A stretch of 63,997 nucleotides of DNA, counting the filler, from Stramenopiles sp. TOSAG23-2 (Eukaryota): assembly GCA_900128395.1 (NCBI GenBank). It is 6 parts of 6 records of this genome, joined end to end, with 100 filler letters (N's around TTAATTAATTAA, not from the genome) between each part and the next. Parts side by side here need not be neighbours in the genome. Positions count along the whole stretch, not along the records: positions 21,745 to 32,479 come from LT649994.1; positions 32,580 to 43,298 come from LT649995.1; 4 more parts are not named here. One strand, given 5' to 3'. Each line of letters begins with the position of its first letter. Positions within the stretch are counted from its first letter, which is position 1. Below are positions 22,577 to 35,934 of the stretch, piece after piece. The notes beneath the pieces were generated by a model. It was not told where the DNA came from, did not search any database, and saw nothing but the letters and a program-made list of their open reading frames with translations. The position numbers and the translations under genes are program-made.

Positions 22577-24529
22577 TGGCGGGGGTTGTGGCAAATTCGC
22601 TTTATCAGGAGCAAAGCACACAACTGTTTTCTGAATTTCATGTTTTTCTGATTCTAAAAATGGCGTGCTGTATTTTCTAAATGTAAGCAATGAACGATTT
22701 CGCTTTTGTGCAATTGATTCATTGAAAAATTTGACATCATAATTAGCCTCTTCTTGGTCTTCATGTACACAATCATCCATAAATTTTGAAAATGTTTGTG
22801 TTTGTGTAAATATGTTGAGAAATGTTTTCGATGAGCTACGCTGTGCGTTGACGAATGAATTTACATCGAAAAATTTTCCAGTACCGGCTGATGATGAATC
22901 GCTGGAGGAATTACTATGTGATTTCGTTTTTTTACTTTTTTTAGTTATTACATATTTTTTATATTCACGAAACATGGCAACGAAAAATCTTAAAAATGCT
23001 AAACGAAGCTTATACCAATCCCTTACAATTAATTCATCATCATCATCAAACTGGTCTGCCCGCAATGCATATGAAAATGCAGAATCCATCATATTTAAAC
23101 AAGTTTCTCTCCATATACCATCATCCCCGCCACCTGGACGGTTTAATCGAACCGGCTCTGCAATTTCTTGAAGTGCTTTCACAAGTTTTTGTTCCTCCTT
23201 TTCAGGTAATGGTGGTATATCATTTGCTGTATTTGCATCCGGTATAAATATTTCATCCTTGTCTATATTTACAACAACAACGTTGCATGGTATTTCATCT
23301 TGAATCTCGTCGAATATACCGGTTTGCATCCCACAAATAAATGGCATAGGAGCTTGAAGGACTCCTAATAAAGGACGTGGCAATACTGGAATATATACAT
23401 GTTCCCATGAGAACGGGTAGAGAAAAGCCATAATGCATTCAGCAACTGCTGTTAATAATGACAGCTGCGAGGAATGAAATAATATTTTCTGTTCAAGCAA
23501 AAGGCATTTAAAAATCGACAAAGTAGTTCTAATTCCAATACATTGAAAGGTCTTATCAAATGGTAAATCTATGTTTTCAATCGGTCGATTAACTGGTGGG
23601 CGTGTAAAAATTAATTCCTTATCTGCAATGGAATATAAAATTTTAGCCATTCCTGATGGTGGCATCGGTACTTCATTCATTAAATTACATATATACCTTT
23701 CAATTGGTACATCTAATGGGGATAAAACTAAACGATACAATGATGTTAAAATATCGCGACATTGGCTGATGAAAGGATACCTAGTGATTAGGCAGAGACA
23801 TTTCGGTGCATACATTGTCGCAACAATACTTTGTCGTCGTAATTGGCTATTGCTACGACTTCTTCTCTTTTTATTATTATTACTATTATTATTATTATTA
23901 TTATTATTATTTCCATCTGACGTCACGTCTAATATTATGTCCGGCTCTGGTAATCCTGGTATGTTTCCTGCAGAATGCAAGACAGCATATGCCGCAGGTG
24001 AGATTAAATCATGTATAGTTAAGCAATGTCCATATACATGTTCTCCTCCTGCACCGGTAGATACGAACGTAAAAAATGATGGGACACAGTTATCCCTTGA
24101 AAATTTATATCCATCAGGAAAACAAAACAATGGTAAACCAGATGGAAATGGCGTTGTTTGTTTCATATCAATCCCATCTTGGGCACCATTTTCATATGGA
24201 TATCTATCTATTATATGAGCTTTAAAAACTGTTTGAAATATATTTTCCACTTTCATAGATGGAGACAATGCGCCTTTACTACTACTTCTTTTCCGAGTAG
24301 GAAATTCACCACTATTATTATTATTTTCGACGTTATTATCTTCTGGCATAGGAGATAGAGAACTTCTATCATTTTTGTTTCTAGCAATTATATTATCTTT
24401 TACTTGTTGTTGTAATTCTACAGGGCTTAATCCAACTACTACAAAATATTCTGCAAAATTTGCACGTGGTGCATTATTATTATTACTATCAACAGTTTGT
24501 TCACTATCACTACGTACAAACCCTGACAT
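22577..24529 (-). CDS. DENN-domain Rab GEF (uDENN-DENN-dDENN), DENND4-like, N-terminal part
   Basis: AEYFVVVG, IDRYP, LPLFCFPDG, PKCLCLITRYPF, LLLEQKILFHS, WEHVYIPVLP, FTQTQTFSKF. Confidence 0.92.
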
Positions 24530-25317
24530 GCTATTATCTAATATATATATTATATATAAATAATATACGTGTAATAATGTTTTAATATCTTTATTATTAT
24601 TATAATTATTATTCTAATAGTAAAAATTCTATAATAGACTATATATACAAAATATATATAATCTAGTAATAATATGAAAACAAACAAACAAGATGTAAAA
24701 TACACAAAATATGTATTTAAAAGAATATATAGTATTATATATAGCCAACACGAGAGGAGATGTGGGAGTATGAAAAGGATAAATATAAAATTACAATATG
24801 TTTGAACGATGACTATTTTTCTTCTAACATATATATATATACAGGTGCACATCGATATTTATTTGTATTATTTTTTTCTTTTTTTTTTTCTTCTTCAATT
24901 TATTATACTTACCAGGTACCTGCCACTGCCAGACTGCTATTACTATCGAACAAACAAAATGTGCTATTAATAATTAAACTAATGCTATGTCGATACAGAA
25001 GCTACAGAGAGAATTCTCTGTACTATATTTACCTTAAAATACGAATTATGCATCGGTATATCGTCATACGCTCGTATCTCGATATTCTTTGTGTTGTATT
25101 AGCACTGCATCATATTCACCGCATCTCGCATCACGCAGATGATCGCAGATTCCGTTATAATATTTTTTATGTATATTATTAGGTGCATTTTATTTACTGA
25201 AGAAGAAGTTATTCGCAAAATATATCATGAACATAATTATAGACAGTGTAAGATACTGTTAAAACGGCGGAGCAGCAAGTAAATCATCTTGAGATATTAT
25301 ATATATATATATATATA

Positions 25318-26099
25318 ATGGATCAGGATAGTATCGAAGATGTGATATTAAATGGAAATGTACAAACACCTATTAAAGATAGTGAGATAATAGGACGTAG
25401 TGGTGCAAAGATGTTAGGTATGGTATCTGATTCTGGAATGGAATATCAAAGTTTTACGGAAGAGTCTGCCATGGAAGACAATGAAGGAGATTACCAAGCT
25501 CATAGTAAAGAGTATAAAGATGCAGAGGATGAAACAAAAGCATTTTACAGTAACGAAATAGTATTACCAAAAATATCGTCTGCAGAACATGTAATTATTA
25601 ATAAAAGTGACGTTACTGGTAGCTTATTATTACCATCGTCTGAAGAAGTGAAAAATAACAACAACAATAATAGTAAGAAGAATAAGAAGAAAAACAATAA
25701 AAAGACGAAAAAAAGCAGAGGTGGATCTAGAACCTCATCGAAAGAGAAGAAGCCCAAAAGGGCAAATAGTAAAGATAAGAAAAATAAAAAGAGATCTAAG
25801 CGAAAGAAAAAAAAGAAAAAACGAAAGAAACGTCGCCAAAGTAAATCACGCTTAACGGGTGCCGAAGTTAGACTTCGTATGGATCCGTACGCACTTGCGT
25901 GTGCAATGAAATGGGAAGAATTAGGAGATCAATCACCATTGGATGGTGATATAGAACAGTACAGCATCTCATATCCACCTGGACCTATGGGTATTACGTT
26001 TGATTGGAGAAACGGCTTAGTGGTAATGGCACTTCGAACTGATATGAAAAAAAGTAAAGTGGATACTATTACTACTACTACTACTACTACTACTACTGC

Positions 26100-26131
<32 letters not shown>

Positions 26132-29100
26132 TAGAAAATGTAAATACAACTGTAACGAAAAGACATCCAACATTAGGTTCAAGGCTACTATCTATTAATA
26201 ATACATCTGTTGTAAATTTAAATTTTCGAGAAAATGTAGATATGTTGCGAAATTTAGCAGATACCGATAGAACATTAATCTTTCAATCGTGGAAACATGT
26301 TCTTATGGAAAAAAATGAAACGAAAATATCATCATCAACAAGTCAACCAACATTAAAATTTCCAAGTATTAAACCATCTTCTAGTGAAATGAAAACACGT
26401 GCTCAATCGGCGACGTCTTTACCACAACATAATTTAGATAAAAAAACTGATAATAATAATAGTAAGGATAGACCAATTAGTGCATCAAAGTCAACTGGTA
26501 ATCTTAATAATAATAATAAACGACCAATTATAAAAACCACAAATGCATTTGAACGTAAACCACCTCCTTCCTCCACCTCGACAGCAAATGAAAAAAATAA
26601 TGTACAGATACAAAAAATTAATGAAAGAGCAGACGCATATATAAATCAAATTCTTGATAAAGATGAGAAGAAAGAAGATGAAAATGAATCTAAAAATTCA
26701 TTGACTGAATTGGCAATTGTTGAGAAGAAAAAACAAATTGGAACAAAGAAAGCAAAAAGTAAGAAGAAATCATCGAAAAAAGATAAGAAATCAAACGGTG
26801 GAGCTGGTTTATCAAATGTATTAGCAAAACAATTAGAAAAAAAAGCAAAGGAAAAAAAGAAAAAGGAAGAAGAAGCAAAGAAAAAAGCCTTAGAGAAACC
26901 ACAAGATCCATACGTAGGGCCGTTGCAAATAAAAATAACGGAGATGTTGAAAGCAAAATTTGATGCAAAACATATAAAAATAGTCAATCGTACGTATTAT
27001 GATCGTAATATGAAACGTATGGGTCCGAAAAAAATGCGTTATGCATCAGTGAAACAAAATCAAAACACTGGCGAATGGGATCCACGTATATATATTTTAA
27101 AATTTGATGAACATAGTGGCGGTGGAAAACCAGAAGAAACCTGGTTAGGAGTATGTAAAACTGAAAATAAAGCTTGGAAAACGATTGCTATGGGTAAAAA
27201 TAAAAGAGACCGAGGTGTGTTCGAACCAGTGCCAATTATTCCATACAAACCGGATGAAGAGCATTTTCAAATATTGATTGTCTCTGAAAAATTTCGTCAT
27301 AAGACTATATTTGAAAGAGTTGCAATGGTATACCACGAACTTATTGAATTACTCTGGCATCCAAGGGATATGTCTTACATGTTTGGCAAAGCTTCCAAAT
27401 GGAAAAAATATGGTACAGTAGGTTATAATGTATTTAACACATTGCCTGAATTCCGTTTACTACCAGCTGATATACCATTGCGTTTTATTATATCTGCAAA
27501 GACGCCTGGGCAGTGGAATCCATCCGAATTTCAAACAGCCGTATCTGAAAGACTTGGTCTCTCGCATACATCATTAGGCATGTTTGCAGTTAATCCAAGA
27601 ACAAAACCAGGAATGAAAGATGTTAGAAAATTAAATCCACAAGAGGCAACGGAGGATAAAGATAAGGCAAAACCAGCGCCAATATTCCCACATGTGAAAG
27701 GCAAAGCCAAAACAGGTGCTCGTATGGGACACTTTTTCCATGGACTTAGCGAGGAAACTAGAGCGATGATGGACCGTGATCGAAAAGATCGTGACAAAAA
27801 GGCTATCCAAGACGCATTGAAAGAAGCAGACAAAGCGGGTGTGAAAAAAGCAAAGAAAAAAACTGGTTTGGCAGCAAAATTAGATAGGCTAGCATCGATG
27901 TACGATGAAAATGCAGGGAAAACATCGGCAATCAAACAATATCAAGCAACTAGACGAACACATATTTATGCAGCAAAAACATTACAAACTTTATTTAGAA
28001 AACGATATGTGCCAAGGGTTATAAAATGGATGATAAAACGCCATCGTGCGGTGACAAATATCTCACGTGTATATAAAGGATATTGTGGTCGTCTATATGC
28101 AGTCGAATTTAGAAGGCTTAGAACAGAAGCAGCAATTATTATACAATCTGCGTGGCGTATGGTATTAGGCAAAAGAATTGCTGAAGAATATCGCCGCGTA
28201 AGGGTGGAAGCTGTCTTAAAAATCCAGCCAGTAGTACGCGGTTGGTTTGCAAGACGTTTTGTTGCATGGAAACGTGCTAATGATAAAATTGCTATACAAA
28301 TGGAAAAAGTTGTACGTGGTTTCTTAGCTCGATGTCGATTTAAACGTTTATTGGCACGTAAGTTTCACGAAACAGTAGTCGTTCCAGCTGTCATAATCAT
28401 ACAAGCATTGTATCGTGGCCATGTTGGTAGAGAAATTGTACGTAGCATGCAGTATGGAATTTGGCTACGTGAAGTCGCAACACCAGCAACCATCGTGATC
28501 CAACGCCTACATCGTGGTAATATGGCACGTAAAAGATACGAAGTTATGAAAGATCGTTTCTACGCAGCTATTGAAATACAACGTGTATTTCGTAGTTTCA
28601 AAAAAAGACGATTTTATAAACTTTTATTACGTGATAAATTGGAATATGAAAAATCAATCATTATACAAGCAGCTGCAAGACGTTTCCTTGCCGTGCGTGT
28701 AGTAGCACGTAGAAGAAAAGAGAAATATTTTCATGAAGTTACTGTCCCTTCCGCAATATTGTTGCAACAAGCTTATCGAACGCATCGAGCAATGAAATTG
28801 TTCAAGGTAGCTAGGGTTAGATATCGAGCAGCTATTAAAATACAAGGGTGGTATCGTGGTTGTTTAGCCTCGGCATCGATGAAAGAAATGTTTGCAGAAA
28901 TGGAAAAAGCATATCGTGATAAGCTTGCAACTGCGTTGCAATCTGCATTTCGCGCATACAAAGCGCGTTGTAGATTTCAAGGTGTAAAAAATGCGTGGAT
29001 TGCTAGGCGTATCGCTGCTACGGAAAAAATACAATCGGGTTGGAGATTTTATTTGGCAAATAAGCACGTATATGCAAAACGTTTACGAAGAAAAGCAGAG

Positions 29101-30039
29101 GCGGTATGGGAACATATAGCATGGTGCGAGGAAGAATCAGAAATTATCATTGAAGATTTAGATGATGTCATGCATGAAGATACGGTTCAAAAAAACGTAA
29201 AAAAGCGTGCTGAAAAGTTTTTAAAAGAGCTTAAAGCAGATAGAAGGGAATGGGAAAAACGGCTGCCAGTGGTAGAAAAAGAGTTAGAGGAATTAACGGA
29301 GGAAGATATTGAACATGGCTGGGGTGAACATTTTGAAATGGAATGGGATATGCTTTCAGAATCAATGCCAATGAATGCAGAAGATATGCGTGGGCGTCAA
29401 TTGCAGATCGATGAGGCAACCGATAAAATCGCTGAGTTACACGAGGAACGAGATGAACTTGAGCTGGATATTGATGATATGGGTATGCAAGAGTTGGAAC
29501 AATTTGAAAAAATACGGCGTATGGAAATTGAAGAATGTGAGCGCAAATGTGAAATACATTGGAACAATGAAGAGCGAAAACAACGTAATAAGTGGAAGAT
29601 TAAATCCAGACGGGAAAATAAAGTTAAGAAATTATCTGCAAAAGCAGCTGGTCTGGTTGAACTTGAAGCGGTGGGGATTGATAAAATACAGACTATATCG
29701 CATGAAAAGCGTGACAGGGCTAGACGCCATCAAAAACAACGCCAAAGGCAACGTACGCTTGAGCAGAATCTACTTATCAAACGGCAAGTCGAACAGAATG
29801 GTGCATTAAATACAAAAATACGAGATGCATATACTGAAATTGTTAGCGGGGTAAATGAGCTTTTATCAGACTTTTCTTATGGTATACGTCGCCCGAAGGA
29901 TGATATACGTGGAAATAAAAGTGTCTTCTGTGATAGATGCGGAAAGGTTTTATGTTCATGTAATGATAATGGTCCAATAGATACAGATGATTCTGCTGTT
30001 GATGAAGATAGATGGATATCGTCTGACGATGAGTGGTAG
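25318..30039 (+). CDS. Large multidomain protein: PDZ-like + BolA-like (with AP2-like insert) + ~13 IQ motifs + coiled coil
   Basis: PPGPMGITF...GSRLLSINN (PDZ); HFQILIVSEKFRHKTIFERVAMVY...ISAKTPGQW (BolA); repeated IQxxxRGxxxR. Confidence 0.85.
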
Positions 30040-30435
30040 AAATGCTTTTAAAAAATGAAGGAGCTTGTAATCTAATATATATATATATTATATATTTAAG
30101 AAGAGCTTGTAAATATAAACCTTTTTGCTTTTTTATTATATTAAGATGATGGTAATATTATAGTCTTATTTGATAATCATTGGTATGATAATTCTCTTTA
30201 TTTCCTCGTATGAGAATATTTAATACCCTATCATAGTGTGGAGATTAGATACGTATAAATTATTCCCTTTCAGCTATTGTATTCTTTTGAAAGAGAGTTT
30301 AAGAATTATCATGAGTAAATTAAAAAAATTAGTTAAGCGTAAATTATATATATATATTTTATATCATATACTAAAAATATACTCTGAAATATCAAACTCT
30401 CTCTCTCATATTATTACACACACATTTACAGATTC

Positions 30436-31719
30436 TCATTTCTTTGTATTATTTACATGTTGTGTTACTTTATCAAAATCAATATCAAATGGATTTTCAT
30501 TACTACCATCATTATTAATCGCAGTAGTGGTGGTTGTAGTCGAATTAATGGGAGTAGAAGATAACGGAGAAATCAAATTAGGCGAATCATCTATACTATT
30601 ACCATCACTATTATTCTTATGTACGATTGCATTGGTAAATGTTGTTCTTATGACATTTGCTAATCCTGGTGTATTCATAATTGCATCTGCATGCGTAGAA
30701 TTAGTATCATTTGATTGTTGTATGGAATCTTCATCTAATATTTCTATTAATTCATGTGCATCGGTATCAGAAATTTCATTGTTAATATTACTGCTACTTC
30801 CATCTATATCTTGCTGTTGCTGCGTTAATTGATTATTAATAATAGTTGCTAATTGAGGTGCTTGATTGATGAAAGATTGTATAAAGTTATCTTTATTAAT
30901 TTGATCTATTGGCATACTATTTAATATATTGAAAATATCATTATCATTTGTTGATGATGTTGATGATGATGGCGTTGTTGAATTGTTATTTAAATGATTA
31001 CTCTTGCGAGATTTTTTTTTCGGTGAATTTCTCCATTGCTGAGGAGGCTTATCCTTTCGCTTGCGTCTCGAACTACTGCTATTGTTACTACTATTTCTTC
31101 TGATAGAGGTTAATTGATTTTGTGATTGATGTGTCAATGGTTCTGTCGTTGTTGGATATGTATTATTATTATTATTATTGCTGCTTTGTTGAATTGCAAC
31201 ACGAGCAGCACGCAAAGCTTTTTCATGATGTCTACTTGAATCATTTCGAAAATCATCTTCTTGATGTTGATCGTGTTGTCCGTGATGGATGAAATTGCTA
31301 CGCCGTATACTATTATTGCTGCTACCGCTGCTACCACTTGAACCAATCACGTATTGATTTGGATAAACATGGTGTTGCTGTTGTAAAGAGTCCCGAACAT
31401 CGCGTATTGTTTTATAGTGTCCTAAAAATTTAGTTAAATTGACTAATGTATTTTTTAAATATGGTTGTAATCTTGTTGCATGCTGAGATACAAATGCTCT
31501 ATTAGTCGCTTCAAAATGCAATAATCTGAAATATTCGTTCATAATAATTTCCAAAGATTTCACCTTTTTTCGCGGTGCAATGTTTTGTAATATACTTGCA
31601 CTTTCTGTTTTAAAACACTCTAATGACTTTGGAAATTTGGCTACATTATCTTGTAAATATTCTAATACTAATAATGTTAATTCATGTTCTTGAATACGTG
31701 GTGCTAATGGCGTTGCCAT
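30436..31719 (-). CDS. LisH-motif low-complexity protein
   Basis: ELTLLVLEYLQDNVAKFPKSLECFKTES LisH-like N-terminus; basic NLS-like RRKRK. Confidence 0.7.
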   Translation of the reverse strand: MATPLAPRIQEHELTLLVLEYLQDNVAKFPKSLECFKTESASILQNIAPRKKVKSLEIIMNEYFRLLHFEATNRAFVSQHATRLQPYLKNTLVNLTKFLGHYKTIRDVRDSLQQQHHVYPNQYVIGSSGSSGSSNNSIRRSNFIHHGQHDQHQEDDFRNDSSRHHEKALRAARVAIQQSSNNNNNNTYPTTTEPLTHQSQNQLTSIRRNSSNNSSSSRRKRKDKPPQQWRNSPKKKSRKSNHLNNNSTTPSSSTSSTNDNDIFNILNSMPIDQINKDNFIQSFINQAPQLATIINNQLTQQQQDIDGSSSNINNEISDTDAHELIEILDEDSIQQSNDTNSTHADAIMNTPGLANVIRTTFTNAIVHKNNSDGNSIDDSPNLISPLSSTPINSTTTTTTAINNDGSNENPFDIDFDKVTQHVNNTKK

Positions 31720-32056
31720 GTTTTGTTCTAATCTTTCGATGTTGAAAGGTTTAAATGCTTTGTTTCTTGCCTTTTTATTTCTTAAATGATCTTGGGTGTT
31801 ATCTACACATATATGTATTTTGCATTATTATCATGGATATGTATATATATAATTATACTAAGTACCACACCAGTATAAGTATTTTATTAATAAAGGGGAA
31901 AACGTCGTAGAAGATTTGATGGACCTCCATTATTATTATTATAATTTCAAAATGATAATATATATATATAAAACCTAGGAGGTATAGCAGTAGCTATGGA
32001 ATAATACTAATACTGGAAGAACTATCTATCATCATTATCAATAATATCAATACAAA

Positions 32057-32424
32057 ATGAATTCTACATTGAAGCAACGAAAAGTCACACCAAATCCAGA
32101 TTTTACTAACAATAACAATTTTACACATAGTGTTGAAGTGGATAAAAACAACATCAACAGTAATATTATAGATTTCTTTCAAGTCAAATCAAGTAGAGAT
32201 ATTATTTGGAGCCATGCAACTAACTCTGCTTATAAATTAGCAGTAGCTTTAGCCAGCGAGTGTCATATGATAGAAGCAGATATATTAATGGGAACATGCC
32301 CTTCACATCCAGCAACTATAGCAATAATGTCTCATCCACCACATAAGAGATCTGACATATCTTTTGAAGATTTTATTTTATCAATACATAATGCAAATAA
32401 AACCTTCATTGGGAAAGGTGATCA
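32057..32424 (+). CDS. FAM151/menorin-domain protein, N-terminal part (truncated by chimera and contig end)
   Basis: IIWSHATNS...ALASECHMIEADILMG...IMSHPPHKRSDISFEDF. Confidence 0.8.
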
Positions 32425-32479
32425 ATATTTAAAAAATACATTAGTCAATTTAACTAAATTTTTAGGACACTACAAAACT

Positions 32480-32579
32480 NNNNNNNNNNNNNNNNNNNNN
32501 NNNNNNNNNNNNNNNNNNNNNNNTTAATTAATTAANNNNNNNNNNNNNNNNNNNNNNNNNNNNNNNNNNNNNNNNNNNN
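32480..32579. other. Artificial contig spacer
   Basis: N44-TTAATTAATTAA-N44. Confidence 0.99.
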
Positions 32580-33548
32580 AATGAACATTTCATCTAAAAA
32601 AAGCGCAAAAATATGCCTTTTATATGCTAAAATGGACCATCATCAAAAAATATTCGTTTGTTATAATATATTAAACTATACACATCTATATAAAAACGAT
32701 GACTATTCCATTATAACAACATATTTTTTTATGCCAGGCCACATATATACCAACTGGCACATATATTTAGATTTAATATTGGCCAATAACTTGCAGAGAT
32801 ACACGTTATTGACCAAACATGAAGCAATTATTATTTTTTTTTTATTTTTTTCAAAACCAAGGCATGTAAAAACATTTTTATTTTCAATTTTTCGATCTGG
32901 AAATTGTCCGCAGGCATAAAGTGAGATAAGTCGATTTCCGGGGTCGAAGGTCAGCTCCTAGATCCTTCTAGGTTCGGAGATTATAATAAAGCATTGGAGG
33001 ACCTGAAATAGACCAATTATTTGTGAAAAAGTATGATCGCTCATCCATTACACAGTTTTTCATAGCTAAATAAGAGTACAAATAGTATAAAATTTAATGG
33101 TCAATATTTTAGATAGAAGCCTTAGAATACGTCAAGCCTCCTGGACATTTATGCCCGAGACCACCATATTACGAGTATTAATTATACATACGAGTTTATG
33201 TATCATACGAGTATATTTTCATATCTCTTGCTTTACGCGTCGTATTACATGTTAAAAAACATTTTCTTTTACTCGTATTATATATATACTCGTGTAAGAA
33301 AAGAATTTTTTGATATTAATACAATTAATACACAAATAAATTATGCGTAAATTTAATTATATTAATACACACACACTCGGATAATCGGTACGAACTAACG
33401 AACGAACGTTATGCGAGAACGCGAGCACTCTATATATTATTTTTACTCCTCAGATTTTAAACTTTCTTCCACCACTTTAACAAAAAAACTGCTTCCAATT
33501 GGTAAAACCTCATCATTAAAATCATATAAAGGATGGTGTATATTATTT

Positions 33549-34802
33549 TTACTCCTCAGATTTTAAACTTTCTTCCACCACTTTAACAAAAAAACTGCTT
33601 CCAATTGGTAAAACCTCATCATTAAAATCATATAAAGGATGGTGTACCATTGGATCATTATCGGTAATACCTTGCCCAAGCCATACATAACAACCAGGTC
33701 GTTCTTGTAACATATAACTAAAATCTTCCGCACCCATGGTTGGTTCTACATCTCTAACAACATTATCAAAACCAAGTAAATCTGCAGCAACTTTAGCAGC
33801 AAATTCTGTCTCATCCGTTGTATTTACAGTGACCGGATAACCTTTTTCCACTTCTATAGTACACGTTCCACCAAAACCTTCTACAATATTCTTTGTAACA
33901 TTGTATAAAGCATGATTCATTTTCTCCCTGGTATCTTCATCTAATGTACGAATCGTACCTGCTAAACTTGCACTGTCTGGAATAATATTATATGCACTTC
34001 CAGAATTAAATTTAGTAACACTCAATACACTTGGTTTAACAGGATCAGAGACTCTTGATACTGCACCTTGCAATGCAACAATGACTTGAGATGCAATAAA
34101 TATAGGATCAACAGTTTCATTTGGCATAGCAGCATGGCCTCCTTTACCAACAATTTTAATATCAAATTCATCTGCACTTCCCATTATTGGACCTGTACGC
34201 ACAGACATTTTACCAACTGGCAATAAGGGCCAATTATGCATACCGTAAATTTTATCACATGGAAATTGATCGAATAATCCTTCATTAACCATAACACCAC
34301 CACCACCTCCACCTTCTTCTGCGGGTTGAAATATAAAATGTACTGTGCCATGAAAATTTCTAGTTGCTGCTAAATATTTTGCAGCGCCTAACAACATCGT
34401 TGTATGACCATCATGTCCACATCCATGCATTTTCCCAGGTATTTTACTTTTATGTTCAAAATCATTTAATTCTTCCATTGGCAACGCGTCCATATCAGCT
34501 CGTAGTCCAATACTCTTAACCTTCGTTTCATTTGGTGCTTCTCTTTTACCACGCAATGTACCAATAACACCTGTCTTTGCTATTCCACGTGTGACTTCGA
34601 CACCCCATGATTCTAATTTATTTGCAACGATTTCAGACGTACGCGTTTCCTCAAATGATAATTCTGGATGCATATGGAAATCATGACGCCATTCAGTCAT
34701 TTCCTTATGAATTTCCTGCACTCCAGGTAATATATTCATATTATTATTAATATTGGTTGTGAAAAATTTTACATTTTGTTTTTTAGCTATTATTCTATGC
34801 AT
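33549..34802 (-). CDS. M20D family amidohydrolase (hippurate hydrolase-like)
   Basis: RHDFHMHPELSFEE, LRADMDALP, MHGCGHDGH, FQPAEEG, GKGGHAAMP, MGAEDF, HHPLYDFND. Confidence 0.95.
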   Translation of the reverse strand: MHRIIAKKQNVKFFTTNINNNMNILPGVQEIHKEMTEWRHDFHMHPELSFEETRTSEIVANKLESWGVEVTRGIAKTGVIGTLRGKREAPNETKVKSIGLRADMDALPMEELNDFEHKSKIPGKMHGCGHDGHTTMLLGAAKYLAATRNFHGTVHFIFQPAEEGGGGGGVMVNEGLFDQFPCDKIYGMHNWPLLPVGKMSVRTGPIMGSADEFDIKIVGKGGHAAMPNETVDPIFIASQVIVALQGAVSRVSDPVKPSVLSVTKFNSGSAYNIIPDSASLAGTIRTLDEDTREKMNHALYNVTKNIVEGFGGTCTIEVEKGYPVTVNTTDETEFAAKVAADLLGFDNVVRDVEPTMGAEDFSYMLQERPGCYVWLGQGITDNDPMVHHPLYDFNDEVLPIGSSFFVKVVEESLKSEE

Positions 34803-35934
34803 TCTTTCTTCTTATCAGTCATTTCCTTATGAATTTCCTGCACTCCAGGTAATATATTCATATTATTATTAATATTGGTTGTGAAAAATTTTACATTTTG
34901 TTTTTTAGCTATTATTCTATGCATTCTTTCTTCTTATCTCTTTTTTCAAAAAATAGATATAATGTAGATATGTAGATTATTAATAGATCAAATATAGGAA
35001 AAAAAATGTTTTCTTCTTCCATATCTTATAGTGCTATACAAAAAAAAAAATGTTCCAATACAATCTACTCTAGCACTCTACAAAGTATTTTTTCAATTGA
35101 TTTGGAAATTATTCTATAATCAATATTAATACTTGGTACTTTACAGTATAAGTACTGCTATCGGTACTATCTGTCAAGATTCCTCTCTGTATCATCTGTA
35201 TTACTCAGGAAACCCCGCTATGCTATTCGCAGGTAATGAATGGCAGTATTAGTAGTATGCTTGAGCATTTTTTTTTTCAGATCGAAAAAATATCGACATC
35301 TAAATTCCAAAAATGACATCACTGATTTTAGTAAAATTTAGAGTGAAAAATATCATTTCAAAACTAATTATATTACTATTTAAATGACGAAAACGACAAA
35401 TAACTTGAAAAATTAAATTATTTAATCTAATAATATCCGAAAATACACATCTCGTAAAATACTCAGGTACATCCAGTATGCCAGTATGCTATGTATGAAA
35501 AAAAAAAAAAATTTGAAAATTTAAAATTTGTGCAAATCACAAATGTTGCCAGCCTGGCCAGGATTTCCAGATTGATATTATACCTGGTATTAATACCATG
35601 GTATTATCATCATGTATGTTTTTTTGTGCTATTTATTATTATGGCATTTTTTCATAAATCCAAATTATATATACAGAATTCAAAAAAACAAAAGGTGTAA
35701 CTACAATAGATTATATCTTCTTTAAGAAAATACATGGTTATCAAACCAGTATTAATTATCAATTTTAACATATATATATATATATATATAAATATCTACA
35801 ATAGATTATATCTTCTTTAAGAAAATACATGGTTATCAAACCAGTATTAATTATCAATTTTAACATATATATATATATATATATAAATATAAAGTCATTC
35901 GATAAATACTTTTTCCCTATTTTAAAAGAAAGAA

